64,000 nt of DNA, taken from assembly GCF_053078305.1 (NCBI RefSeq), contig NZ_CP166879.1; one strand, written 5' to 3'. The stretch's first letter is position 1, and every line of letters begins with the position of its first letter. This document shows positions 18,659 to 28,456 of the stretch, one piece after another. The translations under genes were made by a program, and so were the position numbers. Below the pieces are notes generated by a model, which saw nothing but the letters and a program-made list of their open reading frames with translations, searched no databases and was not told the DNA's origin.

Positions 18659-19717
18659 ATGCTTAATACTGTAAAAATATCCAGTTGTGAGTTAATCAAC
18701 GCCGACTGCCTGGCATTTATCCGGTCGTTACCCGAAAATTCTGTTGACCTGATAGTCACGGACCCGCCGTACTTTAAAGTGAAGCCTGAGGGCTGGGATA
18801 ACCAGTGGAAGGGCGACGATGATTACCTGAAGTGGCTGGACCAGTGTCTTGCGCAGTTCTGGCGGGTGCTGAAACCTGCCGGAAGTCTTTACCTGTTCTG
18901 TGGCCATCGCCTGGCATCTGATATCGAAATCATGATGCGTGAACGCTTCAGTGTGCTGAACCATATTATCTGGGCAAAGCCGTCCGGACGCTGGAACGGG
19001 TGCAACAAGGAAAGCCTGAGGGCGTATTTCCCCGCCACAGAGCGCATTCTGTTCGCGGAACATTATCAGGGGCCGTATCGTCCGAAAGATGCCGGGTATG
19101 AGGCGAAGGGCAGGGCACTGAAACAGCATGTGATGGCCCCGCTGATTGCTTACTTTCGTGATGCGCGTGCTGCCCTGGGGATAACGGCAAAACAGATTGT
19201 GGATGCCACAGGAAAGAAAAACATGGTGTCGCACTGGTTCAGTGCCAGTCAGTGGCAGCTACCGAACGAAAGCGATTATCTGAAATTACAGGCGCTGTTT
19301 GCCCGGGTGGCAGAAGAGAAGCATCAGCGCGGTGAACTGGAAAAGCCCCACCACCAGCTGCTGGAGACGTATACTTCACTGAACCGGCAGTATGCGGAAC
19401 TGCAGAGTGAATATAAGCATCTGCGGCGGTATTTTGGCGTGACGGCGCAGGTGCCGTACACCGATGTGTGGACGCATAAACCGGTGCAGTACTATCCCGG
19501 GAAACATCCGTGCGAAAAACCGGCAGAAATGCTGCAGCAGATAATCAGCGCGAGCAGTCGTCCGGGGGACCTGGTTGCAGATTTTTTCATGGGGTCGGGT
19601 TCGACAGTCAAAGCCGCGATGGCGCTGGGGCGTCGTGCAACTGGCGTTGAGCTGGAGACTGAACGTTTTGAGCAGACGGTCAGGGAAGTACAGGATTTAG
19701 CCAGTCAGAACGGATGA
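18659..19717 (+). CDS. Beta-class N6/N4 DNA methyltransferase
   Basis: DPPY motif near the N-terminus (LIVTDPPYF) and FMGSGST near the C-terminus. Same position as the methylase upstream of tRNAs in Stx-type phages. Confidence 0.8.
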   Translation: MLNTVKISSCELINADCLAFIRSLPENSVDLIVTDPPYFKVKPEGWDNQWKGDDDYLKWLDQCLAQFWRVLKPAGSLYLFCGHRLASDIEIMMRERFSVLNHIIWAKPSGRWNGCNKESLRAYFPATERILFAEHYQGPYRPKDAGYEAKGRALKQHVMAPLIAYFRDARAALGITAKQIVDATGKKNMVSHWFSASQWQLPNESDYLKLQALFARVAEEKHQRGELEKPHHQLLETYTSLNRQYAELQSEYKHLRRYFGVTAQVPYTDVWTHKPVQYYPGKHPCEKPAEMLQQIISASSRPGDLVADFFMGSGSTVKAAMALGRRATGVELETERFEQTVREVQDLASQNG

Positions 19718-19757
19718 TATTGCAGTATTAGTTACGTACCGTTATTATCCTGCACCC

Positions 19758-19833
19758 GGCCCTTTAGCTCAGTGGTGAGAGCGAGCGACTCATAATCGCC
19801 AGGTCGCTGGTTCAAATCCAGCAAGGGCCACCA
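19758..19833 (+). tRNA. ileZ: tRNA with CAU anticodon (Ile2/Met, ileZ-like)
   Basis: Cloverleaf folded by hand: acceptor GGCCCTT/AAGGGCC, anticodon loop CTCATAA, T-loop TTCAAAT, encoded CCA. Confidence 0.85.
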
Positions 19834-19842
19834 TATCACATA

Positions 19843-19919
19843 CCGCCATTAGCTCATCGGGACAGAGCGTCAGCCTTCGAAGCTGGTTGCGCGGGGTTCG
19901 AGTCCTCGATGGCGGTCCA
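19843..19919 (+). tRNA. argN: tRNA-Arg (UCG)
   Basis: Acceptor CCGCCAT/ATGGCGG, anticodon loop CTTCGAA, T-loop TTCGAGT, encoded CCA. Confidence 0.8.
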
Positions 19920-19932
19920 TTATCGGTATTCA

Positions 19933-20009
19933 GCGTTGTTAGCTCAGCCGGACAGAGCAATTGCCTTCTAAGCAATCGGTCACTGGTTCGAATCCAGTAC
20001 AACGCGCCA
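19933..20009 (+). tRNA. argO: tRNA-Arg (UCU)
   Basis: Acceptor GCGTTGT/ACAACGC, anticodon loop CTTCTAA, T-loop TTCGAAT, encoded CCA. Confidence 0.85.
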
Positions 20010-20178
20010 TACTTATTTTTCTGGCTCGCTTTTGCGGGCCTTTTTTGTATCCGCGCCACGCCCGGCGCATATCAACCACAGAGCCTTTCGGGGGTGAGCT
20101 TACGGAGTGGTCAGTGTGACTTTCTCTGTGGGCAGATCGCTCCCGGGCGTTGGCTCACCCACCCAAAGGAACGTCACG

Positions 20179-20610
20179 ATGTTTGGTATTTTCAAAAAGA
20201 AAACCCGCAGAGCAGCAACGGAAATTAAAAAGTTTGAGAAACGCGATCTGGCACAGGCGGTTATTAATGCTGCCTACCTGGTAGCCTATGCAGATGGTGA
20301 ATGTGAGGCTTCAGAGAAAGCGAAGATCGAACAGGTATTACGTAACCAGCCTGCGTTGTCCGCGTTTACGTCAGAAATTAATGCCATCAGTGCCACGATC
20401 ACAGGTCAGCTTGACACCAACTTTAAAATTGGTCGTCGAGCGGCGTTGCGTGAAATTGAAGATGTGAAACACGATACGCGTGAAGCGGAAGATGTGCTGG
20501 ATGTGGCGGTGGCTATTGCTGAAGCAGATGGTGAAATTGAGCCGGAAGAGCGTAAGGTTCTGGAAGAGATTGCAGGTGTTCTTGGCCTGCGACTGGAGAA
20601 CCACCTGTGA
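20179..20610 (+). CDS. TerB-like (tellurite-resistance TerB fold) protein
   Basis: 143 aa with two ADGE..E.E acidic repeats (AYADGECEASEKAKI; AEADGEIEPEERKVL), typical of TerB-family metal-binding helices. Confidence 0.5.
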   Translation: MFGIFKKKTRRAATEIKKFEKRDLAQAVINAAYLVAYADGECEASEKAKIEQVLRNQPALSAFTSEINAISATITGQLDTNFKIGRRAALREIEDVKHDTREAEDVLDVAVAIAEADGEIEPEERKVLEEIAGVLGLRLENHL

Positions 20611-20771
20611 CGGTAAAACTGCGTCTGGCCGCTGTGGCACTCCTGCTGTTTCTGGTGGTGATGGTGGATTTCACCAGCAGGATCATGTCGGTGCTGGCGG
20701 ATGGAGTGCTGGTGGTCGGTATTGTGGTGGTGCTTTTTCCTTTGGTGAAAAAGGACATGCCAGGTAGTTAG
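20607..20771 (+). CDS. 54-aa two-TM membrane peptide coupled to the TerB-like gene
   Basis: GTG overlaps the TerB stop (GTGA). Sequence MTVKLRLAAVALLLFLVVMVDF...GVLVVGIVVVLFPLV. Confidence 0.4.
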   Translation: MTVKLRLAAVALLLFLVVMVDFTSRIMSVLADGVLVVGIVVVLFPLVKKDMPGS

Positions 20772-21072
20772 CCGGGTATCAGTCATGCCCCGAAAATTTT
20801 AAATGTCTCACAATTCAGACGGTTGACAGTTGTCTGTTTTGCGGGGAGTTTGTTAAAAGAAACTGGCATGGTGAATCCCCCTGAGCGGAGGGGCGACTGG
20901 TGCATTAGGTGTTATCTTTGATACCTAGGAAAGTGAACGCGCGGGTTTGGTTGCACCGGGCTGAACTCACCGGGAGGCACCCGGCATCATGCGCATGATG
21001 ATACAGATACGCGGCTTTAGCCCCTCTCCGGAGGGGCTTTTATATGAATTTTGTAAGATATGAGTAAACTAA

Positions 21073-21408
21073 TTATGGACACTGTTGTTTTAGTCCGTAA
21101 GGGCATATTTGCAGAATGCAATGATTATTAAAGCATTCTTTCAATACGTTATCTGAATTTGCAGGACATTCCTGGCTGTTTTTGATTAAATCCCAGAATC
21201 TTTTATTGAATGGTACAACGTTGTAAATGGTTACAGGTAGCACTTTGTTATTAAGTACGATACCTGTGTGAGTCAACGTAAATATACTTTCAGGAGGTAA
21301 GAAAACATCCGATTGATACCAGATTATTAATTTTATTTTACTCCATATGGCTGAAAAAGATATTCCGCATGATGGCTGGATAACTGTATCAATCACAATC
21401 CACTTCAT
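21073..21408 (-). CDS. Hypothetical protein in an AT-rich moron
   Basis: 111-aa ORF on the opposite strand to the late operon. Local AT-rich block spans 21060-21650. Confidence 0.35.
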   Translation of the reverse strand: MKWIVIDTVIQPSCGISFSAIWSKIKLIIWYQSDVFLPPESIFTLTHTGIVLNNKVLPVTIYNVVPFNKRFWDLIKNSQECPANSDNVLKECFNNHCILQICPYGLKQQCP

Positions 21409-21661
21409 TTAGCCTCCTTATTTATGCTGTGCTGGTGATGTTCTGAAAAGTATAAATGATAATTTTGAATGTAAACCATAGAGCAGAATTATTTTTCTGA
21501 TGTTGTTTATTTAAATACAGGTTTTTTATATCCCGTCTTGTAGTTTATCCATGCATACCTGCTTTATGATGAGGTTTTCATTTAAGGTATGGTTTTGTGT
21601 TTTTTTCTGTATTTCATGTCAGGTATTTTAAAGAATTGTTTTTAATATGGTGGAAAGAACC

Positions 21662-23629
21662 ATGGCATTTAAACACTACGATGTGGTCAGGGCGGCGTCG
21701 CCGTCAGACCTTGCGGAGCGACTGACTCAAAAACTGAAGGAGGGGTGGCAGCCATTTGGCAGTCCTGTCGCCATCACGCCTTATACCCTGATGCAGGCCA
21801 TTGCGGCGGAAGGTGATGTCACCACACCTGTGCTGGTGAAGCCGTCGGATGGAGAAGGCACAGTTATCAGCACCACCAGCGAACCGGAGTATTACTTTGT
21901 TGTTGTTCTGGCGGGGCAGTCAAACAGCATGGCATATGGTGAAGGCCTTCCGCTGCCGGAGACATATGACCGTCCGGACCCGCGTATTAAGCAGCTGGCG
22001 CGCCGCAGTACGGTGACACCGGGCGGTGCCGCCTGTAAGTATAACGACATTATTCCGGCGGACCATTGTCTGCATGATGTGCAGGACATGAGCCGTCTTA
22101 ACCATCCGAAAGCGAACCTGTCAAAGGGGCAGTACGGAACCGTGGGGCAGGGGCTGCATATCGGCAAAAAACTGCTGCCGTTTATACCGGCGAATGCGGG
22201 CATTCTGCTGGTTCCGTGCTGCCGTGGTGCTTCGGCATTCACAACGGGTGCAGACGGCACATACAGCGAATCAGCCGGTGCATCGGAAAATTCACTGCGC
22301 TGGGGTGTGGGTAAGCCGCTGTATCAGGATTTGGTGAGCCGGACTAAAGCCGCACTGGCGAAGAACCCGAAAAACCGTCTGCTTGCGGTGGTGTGGATGC
22401 AGGGAGAAGGTGATGCGGCAGTGGGGACGCATGCGCAGCATCCGGGGCTGTTTAGTGCGATGGTGAATCAGTTCAGAACGGAGCTTGCCGGTCTGGCATC
22501 ACAGAGCACAGGAGGCAGCGCATCAGCGGTACCGTGGATTTGCGGGGACACAACGTATTTCTGGAAGCAGCGTCATGCGGAAGGGTATGCATCAGTATAC
22601 GGAGGGTATAAGGGTAAGGAGTCGCAGAACATTTTCTTTGTACCGTTAATGACGGATGAGAATGGTGCGAATGTGCAGACCAATGACCCGGCAGAAGACC
22701 CGGACCTGGAAGCCGTCGGTTATTACGGTTCAAAGTGGCGTAATGACCAGAAGACCTGGACATCTGTGGACAGGGCAAGCCATTTCAGTTCATGGGCACG
22801 CCGTGGGATTATTTCCGACCGTCTGGCAACGGCGATTCTGGTGCATGCCGGGAGAACTGCTGAATTCATTACCGGAAAACAGCCTGATACGGTGAAGCCC
22901 ACCGGACCTTCCGGTGAAGGCCCGGAGAGAGAGCCGGAAGCCCCGGTCAGTAACCGAACCCTGATGAGTCTGCTGGCGTCCGGTGAAGACCTGGCATCAC
23001 AGGGCTGGCGCTATTATCACAAACCGGCGAGCGGAGACAATGTTGATAAAAACATCGCTGAGGCTGTGGTCAGTGATGAGGGTGCCACCGGTGGTAAGGC
23101 CCTGCAACTGAACAAACCGGAAAGCCACATCTGGTTTCTGGAGCATGATGCCGCCGGGCAGGGGGCAGAGTTGCTGAAGAAAGGCGGACGTGTGAGCGTA
23201 CGGTTTAAGGTGCCGGGCTCACTGGTGCCGAATCAGTTTGCCCTGGGTATTTACTGGCAGTTGTCGTCCCTGCCGGAGGGAGTGACGCTGGCAGAGGAAG
23301 GCAACGACATGCTGATGTCCTTCTTCCTGCAGACGGATGCGACGAACCTGAACGCGATGTACCACAAGAAGCAGAATGCGAAGCTGGATACGTTCGGGGT
23401 CTTTGATAACGGATGGCACACACTGGCTTTTGAGTTTGCCGGAAACAACAGCATTCAGGTGACGCCGGTACTGGATGAGAAACGGGGTACACCGTTCACA
23501 CTGGTGAAATCTCCGGCATCAGGGGCGGCGGACAAACTGCAACTGACAGGCATATCAAAGGCGGCGACATATACGTTGCTGATTGACAGTGTGAAGGTGG
23601 AAGTGAACAACGCGGACGCCGCGGCATGA
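21662..23629 (+). CDS. nanS-p: Prophage sialate O-acetylesterase NanS-p (DUF1737 + SGNH/SASA esterase + C-terminal lectin-like domain)
   Basis: MAFKHYDVVRAASPSDLAE... N-terminus and the VLAGQSNSMAYGEG esterase motif, as recalled for EHEC prophage NanS-p. Lies in the post-stx position. Confidence 0.75.
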   Translation: MAFKHYDVVRAASPSDLAERLTQKLKEGWQPFGSPVAITPYTLMQAIAAEGDVTTPVLVKPSDGEGTVISTTSEPEYYFVVVLAGQSNSMAYGEGLPLPETYDRPDPRIKQLARRSTVTPGGAACKYNDIIPADHCLHDVQDMSRLNHPKANLSKGQYGTVGQGLHIGKKLLPFIPANAGILLVPCCRGASAFTTGADGTYSESAGASENSLRWGVGKPLYQDLVSRTKAALAKNPKNRLLAVVWMQGEGDAAVGTHAQHPGLFSAMVNQFRTELAGLASQSTGGSASAVPWICGDTTYFWKQRHAEGYASVYGGYKGKESQNIFFVPLMTDENGANVQTNDPAEDPDLEAVGYYGSKWRNDQKTWTSVDRASHFSSWARRGIISDRLATAILVHAGRTAEFITGKQPDTVKPTGPSGEGPEREPEAPVSNRTLMSLLASGEDLASQGWRYYHKPASGDNVDKNIAEAVVSDEGATGGKALQLNKPESHIWFLEHDAAGQGAELLKKGGRVSVRFKVPGSLVPNQFALGIYWQLSSLPEGVTLAEEGNDMLMSFFLQTDATNLNAMYHKKQNAKLDTFGVFDNGWHTLAFEFAGNNSIQVTPVLDEKRGTPFTLVKSPASGAADKLQLTGISKAATYTLLIDSVKVEVNNADAAA

Positions 23630-23768
23630 TAAAAAGAGCCGCCAGCGGCAGGAATGGAAGCTGGCGGAGGTAATCCCAATGGAGAATGTAAAGAAAAGAT
23701 GCTTTCGTACATCGGTTGTTTTTTTAAATGAAAACAGTTCTCATTGTCAACCATAACGGTAAGAAATT

Positions 23769-23948
23769 ATGACATTTATTCATCAGGTGATGCTGTACTT
23801 CTGTACGGCGGTCTGTGTGCTGTATCTTCTTTCGGGTGGGTACAGGGCCGTGCGCGATTTCTGGCGCAGGCAGATTGATAAAAGGGCCGCAGAGAAAATC
23901 AGCGCCAGTCAGTCAGCCGGAAGCAAACCCGAAGAGCCGCTCATTTAG
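23769..23948 (+). CDS. 59-aa membrane protein
   Basis: MTFIHQVMLYFCTAVCVLYLLSGGY..., below the ORF-track cutoff. Read directly from the DNA. Confidence 0.4.
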   Translation: MTFIHQVMLYFCTAVCVLYLLSGGYRAVRDFWRRQIDKRAAEKISASQSAGSKPEEPLI

Positions 23949-23988
23949 CTGCAACTTTCTTAACAACCATTTTCAACGAGAAAATCCC

Positions 23989-24234
23989 ATGTCAGAAATC
24001 ACATCCCTGGTCACTGCAGAGGCAGTGAAGGAAGTCCTGCGCTCTGAAGAAGTCCTGAGCGCACTGAAACAGAAACTCCGCCAGAACCTTGAGTCGCGTC
24101 TTGATGCAGAAGTGGATGCCATTCTGGATGAACTGCTGGGCGCACCGGCTGTTCCGGAGCCGGAAGGCATTGCGGGTGACGGGAGTGCTTCAGATGGCGG
24201 TGAACCCACACCCGACAGCGACATGATGATGTAA
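23989..24234 (+). CDS. Hypothetical acidic protein
   Basis: 81 aa starting [13 protein letters not shown]. Lies upstream of the holin. Confidence 0.45.
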   Translation: MSEITSLVTAEAVKEVLRSEEVLSALKQKLRQNLESRLDAEVDAILDELLGAPAVPEPEGIAGDGSASDGGEPTPDSDMMM

Positions 24235-24310
24235 GCATGCGCAAGGGACCATCGGTGTGTGCCGGTGGTCTTTATATTGTTGTGAGCTTCCGGATTGCGG
24301 GAGACGGGGT

Positions 24311-24526
24311 ATGTACCAGATGGAAAAAATCACAACAGGTGTGTCATACACCACGTCAGCGGTGGGAACGGGCTACTGGTTCCTGCAGTTGCTGGACAGG
24401 GTTTCCCCGTCTCAGTGGGCGGCAATAGGCGTGCTGGGGAGTCTGCTGTTTGGTCTGCTGACATACCTGACGAACCTGTATTTTAAAATCAGAGAAGACC
24501 GGCGTAAGGCGGCCCGGGGAGAGTAA
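24311..24526 (+). CDS. S: Holin S (dual-start motif)
   Basis: [29 protein letters not shown]...[25 protein letters not shown] matches recalled Stx-phage holin. Met codons at 24311 and 24320. Confidence 0.8.
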   Translation: MYQMEKITTGVSYTTSAVGTGYWFLQLLDRVSPSQWAAIGVLGSLLFGLLTYLTNLYFKIREDRRKAARGE

Positions 24527-24530
24527 AGCG

Positions 24531-25517
24531 ATGAATAACAAATATGAACTGGTTGTAAAAGGGATAAATCATTACCCGGATAAGATAACTGTTACGGTGG
24601 CACTGGAAATTGCCGGTCAGCCGTCGTTGTTGTCGCCATATGTGGCGATTAGTCTTGACCGTACTGAAGGTGCCACGCTGGAATTTTACGAAGCTGAGGC
24701 GAAAAAACAGGCGAAGCAGTTTTTCATGGATGCGGCTCTCGGATTACGCGAAGGGACTGCGCGATGTGGCTTTCAGAATATTTCTTCATGGACAATGCCG
24801 GAAAAAATCGCCACTTACCCGGGGCGTGAAAAGGTCAACGAACCGGTAAAAAATGCGCCTGATGATGTGCAGAGCGCGATGGTTAATGTGGAGCTTCCGG
24901 CACGTGTGACACCAGGAGTGAAAGTCGGGGAAGATTCTCGTCTTGTGCTGACCAAAAGAATAGGCAGCGTGGTCAGTGTTCATATTGATCATGAGGAAGT
25001 TCTGTCGGTTATGTACAGGGAAGACTACGATCCGAAAACAACATTCAGCGACTATGAAGCGAGAGCAAAGGAGTATGCCTTGTCGGTATTTGCTGCGGTA
25101 CGTGGCGAGGACTGTCGTAAAAACGGGCATGAAAGTGATTTTACTGTGCCTGTGTCGGACAAAAACCAGGAACGGGAGTGTAACCGGCCATCCTTTGTTG
25201 TATCCGGTGATGACGGGAAAATCACCATATCAGAAAATGGAAAAGTAACACCGCCATCGCACCAGCACAGTGAGACGCTCATTGAATTTGCCATTGATTA
25301 CCTGAAGAACAATAAAAAACAGGGGCTGATGAAGCGCATTGGTCGCTGCATGGGATATCTGCAGCTGGCGGCAGAGATTGAAGCACTTGCCAGTGGTGCA
25401 GACAGGGATGCTGCGGTGCGGGAGGCTCTTCTTTGTGATTTCAATACGCCACCCTTTAAGAAAGAGCCTGATGGCTGGATCCAGCCGGGGCTGACTTATC
25501 TTAAAGTGCGTATTTAG
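24531..25517 (+). CDS. Unknown 328-aa protein inserted between holin and endolysin
   Basis: Tight spacing (4 nt after the holin stop). No recognisable motif. Confidence 0.6.
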   Translation: MNNKYELVVKGINHYPDKITVTVALEIAGQPSLLSPYVAISLDRTEGATLEFYEAEAKKQAKQFFMDAALGLREGTARCGFQNISSWTMPEKIATYPGREKVNEPVKNAPDDVQSAMVNVELPARVTPGVKVGEDSRLVLTKRIGSVVSVHIDHEEVLSVMYREDYDPKTTFSDYEARAKEYALSVFAAVRGEDCRKNGHESDFTVPVSDKNQERECNRPSFVVSGDDGKITISENGKVTPPSHQHSETLIEFAIDYLKNNKKQGLMKRIGRCMGYLQLAAEIEALASGADRDAAVREALLCDFNTPPFKKEPDGWIQPGLTYLKVRI

Positions 25518-25553
25518 TGGGCCAGGGACAGCGGCTGAATATTTAATATATAC

Positions 25554-26087
25554 ATGAACGCAAAAATCAAATACGGCCTGTCAGCTGCTGTTCTGGCGCT
25601 GATTGCCGCAGGTGCGCCTGCGCCTGAAATCCTCGACCAGTTTCTTGACGAAAAAGAAGGTAACCACAGCACGGCATACCGTGATGGTGCGGGTATCTGG
25701 ACCATCTGCCGTGGTGCCACCCGGGTGGATGGTAAGCCTGTCGTCCCTGGCATGAAGCTGTCGAAGGAAAAATGCGACCAGGTTAACGCCATTGAACGTG
25801 ATAAGGCGCTGGCATGGGTGGCGAAAAACATCAAAGTGCCACTGACTGAACCCCAGAAAGCGGGGATCGCGTCATTCTGTCCTTACAACATTGGCCCAGG
25901 TAAGTGTTTCCCGTCGACGTTTTATAAACGAATTAATGCAGGCGATCGCAGGGGAGCGTGTGAGGCGATTCGCTGGTGGATTAAGGACGGTGGCAGAGAC
26001 TGCCGTATTCGCTCAAATAACTGTTACGGTCAGGTATCCCGGAGAGACCAGGAGAGCGCGCTGGCGTGCTGGGAAATCGACAGATAA
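25554..26087 (+). CDS. R: SAR-type endolysin (GH24 lysozyme)
   Basis: N-terminal Gly/Ala-rich SAR segment GLSAAVLALIAAGAPA, then the catalytic region EGNHSTAYRDGAGIWTICRG. Confidence 0.85.
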   Translation: MNAKIKYGLSAAVLALIAAGAPAPEILDQFLDEKEGNHSTAYRDGAGIWTICRGATRVDGKPVVPGMKLSKEKCDQVNAIERDKALAWVAKNIKVPLTEPQKAGIASFCPYNIGPGKCFPSTFYKRINAGDRRGACEAIRWWIKDGGRDCRIRSNNCYGQVSRRDQESALACWEIDR

Positions 26088-26243
26088 GCAGAATATTTTG
26101 CTGAAAAATGAGGTTTGCTTACATGGACGGATAACACGAAATCCTGCGAACTGGCAAAATGTAAGTGAATAAAAGTAAAAACCCCGTTTGTTGGCAGCAA
26201 GCGGGGTTTTGTGTTTCTGACCTTGGATAAGGCAAGGGAGAAC

Positions 26244-26426
26244 ATGGAAAAGTATAAACGAATTCTGTTGAGGTTGACTATGAAAAACGGCCTTGAACTG
26301 AAAGCGCCAGTAACTGATGACATCAGCAGAGCACTGGCTTTTGCTATTAAGTGGGTGGCGGTCGGTATCGCTGTGTCTCCGATGCTGTATGGGCTGGCAA
26401 AACTGGTCATTGCGTTGAAATCGTGA
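26244..26426 (+). CDS. 60-aa membrane protein
   Basis: Starts after terminator 26179-26212 with RBS AGGGAG. C-terminal TM segment WVAVGIAVSPMLYGLAKLVIAL. Confidence 0.45.
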   Translation: MEKYKRILLRLTMKNGLELKAPVTDDISRALAFAIKWVAVGIAVSPMLYGLAKLVIALKS

Positions 26427-26440
26427 AGGGAGGATTAAAC

Positions 26441-26572
26441 ATGTCAGACAAACTCATAATGCTGGCGAAGATCCTCTGTGTAATCGTCGGCATTTCATTT
26501 TCACTAATGCTGGTTGCTATTTGCTTTTCCACTGCCTGGCGCGTCTTAACTCTGTCAGGGCTGGTGGGGTGA
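26441..26572 (+). CDS. 43-aa membrane protein
   Basis: RBS GAAGGGAGG. Sequence MSDKLIMLAKILCVIVGISFSLMLVAICFSTAW... Confidence 0.45.
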   Translation: MSDKLIMLAKILCVIVGISFSLMLVAICFSTAWRVLTLSGLVG

Positions 26573-26579
26573 CAGAAAC

Positions 26580-27515
26580 ATGAAATGTGTACTGTATTCC
26601 GGTGACTGTCTTGATGTTATGCCTTCATTACTACCGGGAAGTGTTGACCTGGTTTTATGTGACCCGCCGTATGGAACCATTAAAGGGCTTACACTCCGTA
26701 CATGGGATAAGAGTACGACAGCATGGGACGATGCCTTAAATCCTGAAGATATTTTCACACAGTGCGAACGACTGCTGAGGGTGGGCGGTGTGCTGGTCAT
26801 GTTCAGCCAGGAGCCGCATACAAGCACGATGATTACTCTGGCGGATAAAAACCTGCCGTTTTTATATCGTATGGTGTGGAAGAAGGAGCATTTCCCCAAC
26901 CCGCTTTCAGTAAAAAAAGCACCTGTATCTTTATTCGAGGATATCGTTGTTTTCCGGAAAAAATATGACAGTGAGAAAAACCACCCGCTGAGGGAGTACG
27001 CCCGAAATATCCTTTCTTTCATTGGCCACAGGACAGACAAGGAAGTTAACAAAACACTGGGGCACTGTCGGGCAGAGCATTTTTTTCGCGTGAACACAGT
27101 CCAGTTTTCCCTCTGCTCACAGGATACGTACAACGAGTTAATTAAACGCTTTGGTATCGACCGTATGCCGGGTTTCATGACATATGAAGAAATGTGCAAA
27201 GTGAATTCCGGTTACGGCACTGTGGTTTTTAATCTCCCTCAGGGGAAAAAATACCGCGCAAATATTCTGGAGTACGCGCGGGAGCGGGAGCGATGGCATC
27301 CGACCCAGAAGCCAGTTGCATTACTGGAAGAGCTGATTCAGACGTACAGCAACCCTGGCGACAGGGTACTGGATTTTACTATGGGGAGTGGTTCAACAGG
27401 TGTTGCATGTATCCGGACGGGGAGACGGTTTACCGGAATAGAAAAGGATGACCGGTATTTCGCTGTTGCAAAAAAACGTCTGGAAAAAGAAAACAGTGAA
27501 ATGGTGGTGATATGA
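26580..27515 (+). CDS. Second beta-class N6/N4 DNA methyltransferase
   Basis: LVLCDPPYG near the N-terminus, then HPTQKP and FTMGSGSTG near the C-terminus. Overlaps the Rz start by 4 nt. Confidence 0.8.
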   Translation: MKCVLYSGDCLDVMPSLLPGSVDLVLCDPPYGTIKGLTLRTWDKSTTAWDDALNPEDIFTQCERLLRVGGVLVMFSQEPHTSTMITLADKNLPFLYRMVWKKEHFPNPLSVKKAPVSLFEDIVVFRKKYDSEKNHPLREYARNILSFIGHRTDKEVNKTLGHCRAEHFFRVNTVQFSLCSQDTYNELIKRFGIDRMPGFMTYEEMCKVNSGYGTVVFNLPQGKKYRANILEYARERERWHPTQKPVALLEELIQTYSNPGDRVLDFTMGSGSTGVACIRTGRRFTGIEKDDRYFAVAKKRLEKENSEMVVI

Positions 27516-27979
27516 ACCGTGTTCTGTGTGTGGTGATTATTGTCCTGCTGGTGGCCTGTGGTGCGCTTAGTCTGGGGCTGAATCATTACCGCGATAACGC
27601 CATCACCTACAAAGCGCAGCGCGATAAAAAAGCCAGAGAGCTGGAGCTGGCAAACGCAACCATTACTGATATGCAGCAGCGCCAGCGCGATGTTGCTGCG
27701 CTCGATGCTAAATACTCGAGGGAATTAGCCGATGCGAGAGCTGAAAATGAAACTCTGCGTGCTGATGTTGCCGCTGGTCGTAAGCGCCTGCGGGTTAAAG
27801 CCACCTGTCCAGGCTCCGTGCGTGAAGCCCCCACCACCTCCGGCGTGGATAATGCAACCGGCCCCCGACTGGCAGACACCGCTGAACGGGATTATTTCAT
27901 CCTCAGAGAACGGTTGATGACAATGCAGAAGCAGCTGGAAGGGGCGAAGGAATATATCCGCACTCAGTGTATTAACTAG
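27512..27979 (+). CDS. Rz: i-spanin Rz
   Basis: N-terminal TM segment followed by a coiled-coil. Resembles recalled lambdoid Rz. Confidence 0.8.
   Translation: MNRVLCVVIIVLLVACGALSLGLNHYRDNAITYKAQRDKKARELELANATITDMQQRQRDVAALDAKYSRELADARAENETLRADVAAGRKRLRVKATCPGSVREAPTTSGVDNATGPRLADTAERDYFILRERLMTMQKQLEGAKEYIRTQCIN
27747..27917 (+). CDS. Rz1: o-spanin Rz1 (embedded, +1 frame)
   Basis: [15 protein letters not shown] lipobox and a proline-rich body, fully embedded in Rz. Confidence 0.7.
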   Translation: MKLCVLMLPLVVSACGLKPPVQAPCVKPPPPPAWIMQPAPDWQTPLNGIISSSENG

Positions 27980-28002
27980 TATTTTTGTTATCCGGAGAAT
28001 GC

Positions 28003-28227
28003 ATGAAGAAATTACTGGTAACCGTAAAGCCTTTTCAGGGAACAATTCCGTTCCGTATTTTGCAGTGTGGTCGTGTTCTTGTTGAAGGTTCGTTCAGTGG
28101 TAAATGTACGCAATTACACTCCCGGACCTTTCAGGTGAATGCCACGAATGAAGAGCTAACCGTTGAGTGTACGATGAATGCAGCTAAATGCCGCATGGTA
28201 TCGGCTGCATTACAGCCAGTGTGTTGA
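28003..28227 (+). CDS. Hypothetical protein (bor position)
   Basis: 74-aa ORF after the spanins. It is not Bor-like. Confidence 0.35.
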   Translation: MKKLLVTVKPFQGTIPFRILQCGRVLVEGSFSGKCTQLHSRTFQVNATNEELTVECTMNAAKCRMVSAALQPVC

Positions 28228-28456
28228 GCGACCTTATTATCCATGCGCGGTATTGTCGCCGTATTCCTGCATTAACAGAGACCGCAGCCCGACAGGGAGA
28301 CTCCTCTGCGCGAGTGTGCGGGGATAATCAAAAACGATACACACCGGGGTTTACCGCGTTAACGGAGCGCGGCGTTGTCCCCTCATGGTCGCTGGTCCGG
28401 TGCGATGGTGGAAGAAACTGGATTTTGTTGCAACTGATAATCATTATCATTTTCTC

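Noticed and set aside
19790-20228. ORFs of 89 and 113 aa across the tRNA cluster
   Set aside because: They overlap three well-folded tRNAs and a terminator, and are not coding.
20010-21660. Shiga toxin genes expected between the tRNAs and nanS-p
   Set aside because: No ORF with Stx A or B character is present. The slot holds a TerB-like gene, a TM peptide and an AT-rich moron instead.
26555-27199. 214-aa minus-strand ORF
   Set aside because: It is antisense to the methyltransferase gene, which has clear catalytic motifs. The same reasoning applies to 29613-30287, 44822-45337, 46670-47191, 51693-52190 and 55596-56108.
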